From a virus (Duplodnaviria; Caudoviricetes): DNA of 59,533 bases. Location: the IMG/VR virus record IMGVR_UViG_3300023180_000058, positions 1 to 59,533 of that record; one strand, 5' to 3'. The notes below the pieces were generated by a model. That model saw nothing but the letters and a program-made list of their open reading frames with translations, made no database searches and was not told the DNA's origin. This document shows, piece after piece, positions 58,085 to 59,533 of this stretch. The stretch's first letter is position 1; each line of letters opens with the position of its first letter. The position numbers and the translations under genes are program-made.

Positions 58085-58941
58085 TTAAAAAAGTTATTGG
58101 TATTGGCGACGGCGGAAGCCAGATTGCCGAACATTTTAAAAAGTATTATGATTATTCTGTTTTTTGCGTTTCTGAAAAAGGTGATATCAAGCTCCCTGAA
58201 GCAAAAAAAGTAGAAGATCTAGAAAGCAAAATGTTCGAGACCAAGAAAAAATGGTCAAAAACATTAAAAGCTTTTGCTGCAGACGATGAATTACTTTTTA
58301 TTGTTAATGGAGCAGCAAGATCAGCAGCAACTTCCTTGGTTTTAATGGGAGAAGTCAAAGAAAACCCAAAAACGGTGATCTTTGTTAAATCAGACCCAAA
58401 TACAATCAACGGAACAGCAAAATTGCAACAAAGAGCCGCTCTAATGGTTATGCAGGAGTTTGCACGCTCTGGATTGATCGAAAAAATGTTTATTGTTGAT
58501 AACATGGCATTAGAAAAGATCAACCCAGAAGTTAATATTCTAAATTATTATGAGCAACTAAACGATCTTATTGTTTCAACTTTTCATATGATCAACTTTT
58601 GCAAGGACCAGCGCCCCGTGCTAAATACAACGGACGATCCAGTGGAAACCGCCCGTATTGCAACGCTTGGGGCATTTAATGTCGAGAATGGCGAAAAAAA
58701 GCTTTTTTATTCTCTTGACTTCCCGAGAGAGACAAGCTATATTTATGTTCTGAACGATGAGGCACTAAAAGAACCGGCTAAACTGATGAACATTAAAGAC
58801 ATCAACACGGCTGCAAACAATGCAGAGCCATCAAATGCATCGTCATTTGTTATTTATCGTTCGGACTTAGAACACAACTATGGATATATTGTGCAATACA
58901 GCACGATGATTCAAGAACAGTTGATAGAAAACCAAAACTAA
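58081..58941 (+). CDS. Tubulin/FtsZ-family (PhuZ-like) protein, degenerate signature
   Basis: KVIGIGDGGSQIAE (T1 loop), FIVDN and Y..LN..I. The expected GGGTGSG loop is replaced by NGAARSAAT. Confidence 0.65.
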   Translation: MIKKVIGIGDGGSQIAEHFKKYYDYSVFCVSEKGDIKLPEAKKVEDLESKMFETKKKWSKTLKAFAADDELLFIVNGAARSAATSLVLMGEVKENPKTVIFVKSDPNTINGTAKLQQRAALMVMQEFARSGLIEKMFIVDNMALEKINPEVNILNYYEQLNDLIVSTFHMINFCKDQRPVLNTTDDPVETARIATLGAFNVENGEKKLFYSLDFPRETSYIYVLNDEALKEPAKLMNIKDINTAANNAEPSNASSFVIYRSDLEHNYGYIVQYSTMIQEQLIENQN

Positions 58942-59055
58942 GACATCACGATCGCCGCCGGACATTTTTTCGTTTTTACGTGGATAAGATCCGGCGCTCG
59001 ATCGTCTAACTGATGTGAGGCGCTCACGGGCGCTCGACCGATGGGAAACGAACGC

Positions 59056-59084
59056 TTGACGTTCGCTACTCTCTGGTGTATAAT
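59056..59084 (+). promoter_or_regulatory. Sigma70-type promoter (TTGACG-17-TATAAT)
   Basis: TTGACG 59056-59061, 17-nt spacer, TATAAT 59079-59084, upstream of the SSB gene. Confidence 0.85.
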
Positions 59085-59137
59085 AAACTAAATTTGGTGA
59101 CCATTCGGGTCGCCACGGCCAACCAAAGGAGGTACAC

Positions 59138-59533
59138 ATGGCTATTGATATGAGCAAGATGAAAAAGAAGTTGGATCAGCTGAACAATAAGGGCAGCACC
59201 GGAGGCCAATACCTAAAGATGGAGCTAGGGAATACTTATGAGATTCGTATTCTTCCTACGCCTGATGGCGATCCATTCAAGCAGTATTTTGTCCACTATC
59301 GTGTGGGCGACTCTCAGCCGTTCCTTTCACCGAAGAAGAACTTTAATGAGGACGATGCGCTTGATCGGTTCGTGCGAAAGCTTTATGATGAAGGCTCGGA
59401 AGAAAGCCGAAACATGGCTCGTGACTTGTCTGCCAAGGCTCGTTTCTTCTCGCCTGTAATTGTTCGTGGCCAGGAAGATGAAGGTCCGAAGGTTTGGTCA
59501 TACTCAAAGACTGTTTACCAGGAACTTCTAAAG
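59138..59533 (+). CDS. Single-stranded DNA-binding protein, T4 gp32-like (3' truncated; absent from the ORF track)
   Basis: SD AAGGAGG, then MAIDMSKMKKKLDQL...EIRILPTPDGDPFKQYFVHY...RFFSPVIVRGQEDEGPKVWSYSKTVYQELL, open to the window end. Confidence 0.8.
   Translation, partial: MAIDMSKMKKKLDQLNNKGSTGGQYLKMELGNTYEIRILPTPDGDPFKQYFVHYRVGDSQPFLSPKKNFNEDDALDRFVRKLYDEGSEESRNMARDLSAKARFFSPVIVRGQEDEGPKVWSYSKTVYQELLK

Noticed and set aside
58942-59137. tRNA gene in the GC-rich intergenic region
   Set aside because: No cloverleaf with a properly placed T-loop and acceptor stem could be built. The GTTCG present belongs to the promoter palindrome.
360-59157. Numerous minus-strand and nested short ORFs in the ORF track
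   Set aside because: Almost all are shadows of long + strand genes, with no motifs or SDs; coding is consistently on the + strand.
59238-59459. 73-aa + strand ORF in the track
   Set aside because: Out-of-frame shadow within the gp32-like SSB that starts at 59138 and runs off the window.
1-59533. Alternative genetic code (TAG/TGA recoding) as in some large phages
   Set aside because: Core genes are full length in the standard code, and TAG stops (e.g. 1801-1803, 47086-47088, 51427-51429) are followed directly by new starts or promoters.

Overview
This window is a gene-dense, entirely + strand fragment of a large uncultured T4-superfamily myophage using the standard genetic code. In order it carries: baseplate wedge and large tail/baseplate proteins (1-22574), including a 3062-aa LamG-containing protein; an embedded DNA-metabolism cassette (RuvC-like resolvase, DnaG-type primase, single-chain Mre11/SbcD-Rad50/SbcC fusion); a candidate lysis pair; a late cluster of small genes with a Pol-beta-type nucleotidyltransferase and a Nudix hydrolase; terminase, portal, prohead protease, a phage-encoded ribosomal protein bS21, scaffold and major capsid; neck, sheath, tube, a tail chaperone with a probable +1 frameshift, tape measure and baseplate hub; then a minimal family-A DNA polymerase, a degenerate tubulin/FtsZ homologue and the start of a gp32-like SSB. 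Two promoter classes are readable in the sequence: canonical sigma70 promoters before DNA-metabolism genes and a repeated ACTATTTA motif before virion genes. Surface-type virion proteins are rich in [ST]-[GAS]-[ST] tripeptides, a possible modification sequon. All product calls come from motif recognition and gene order, not database searches.
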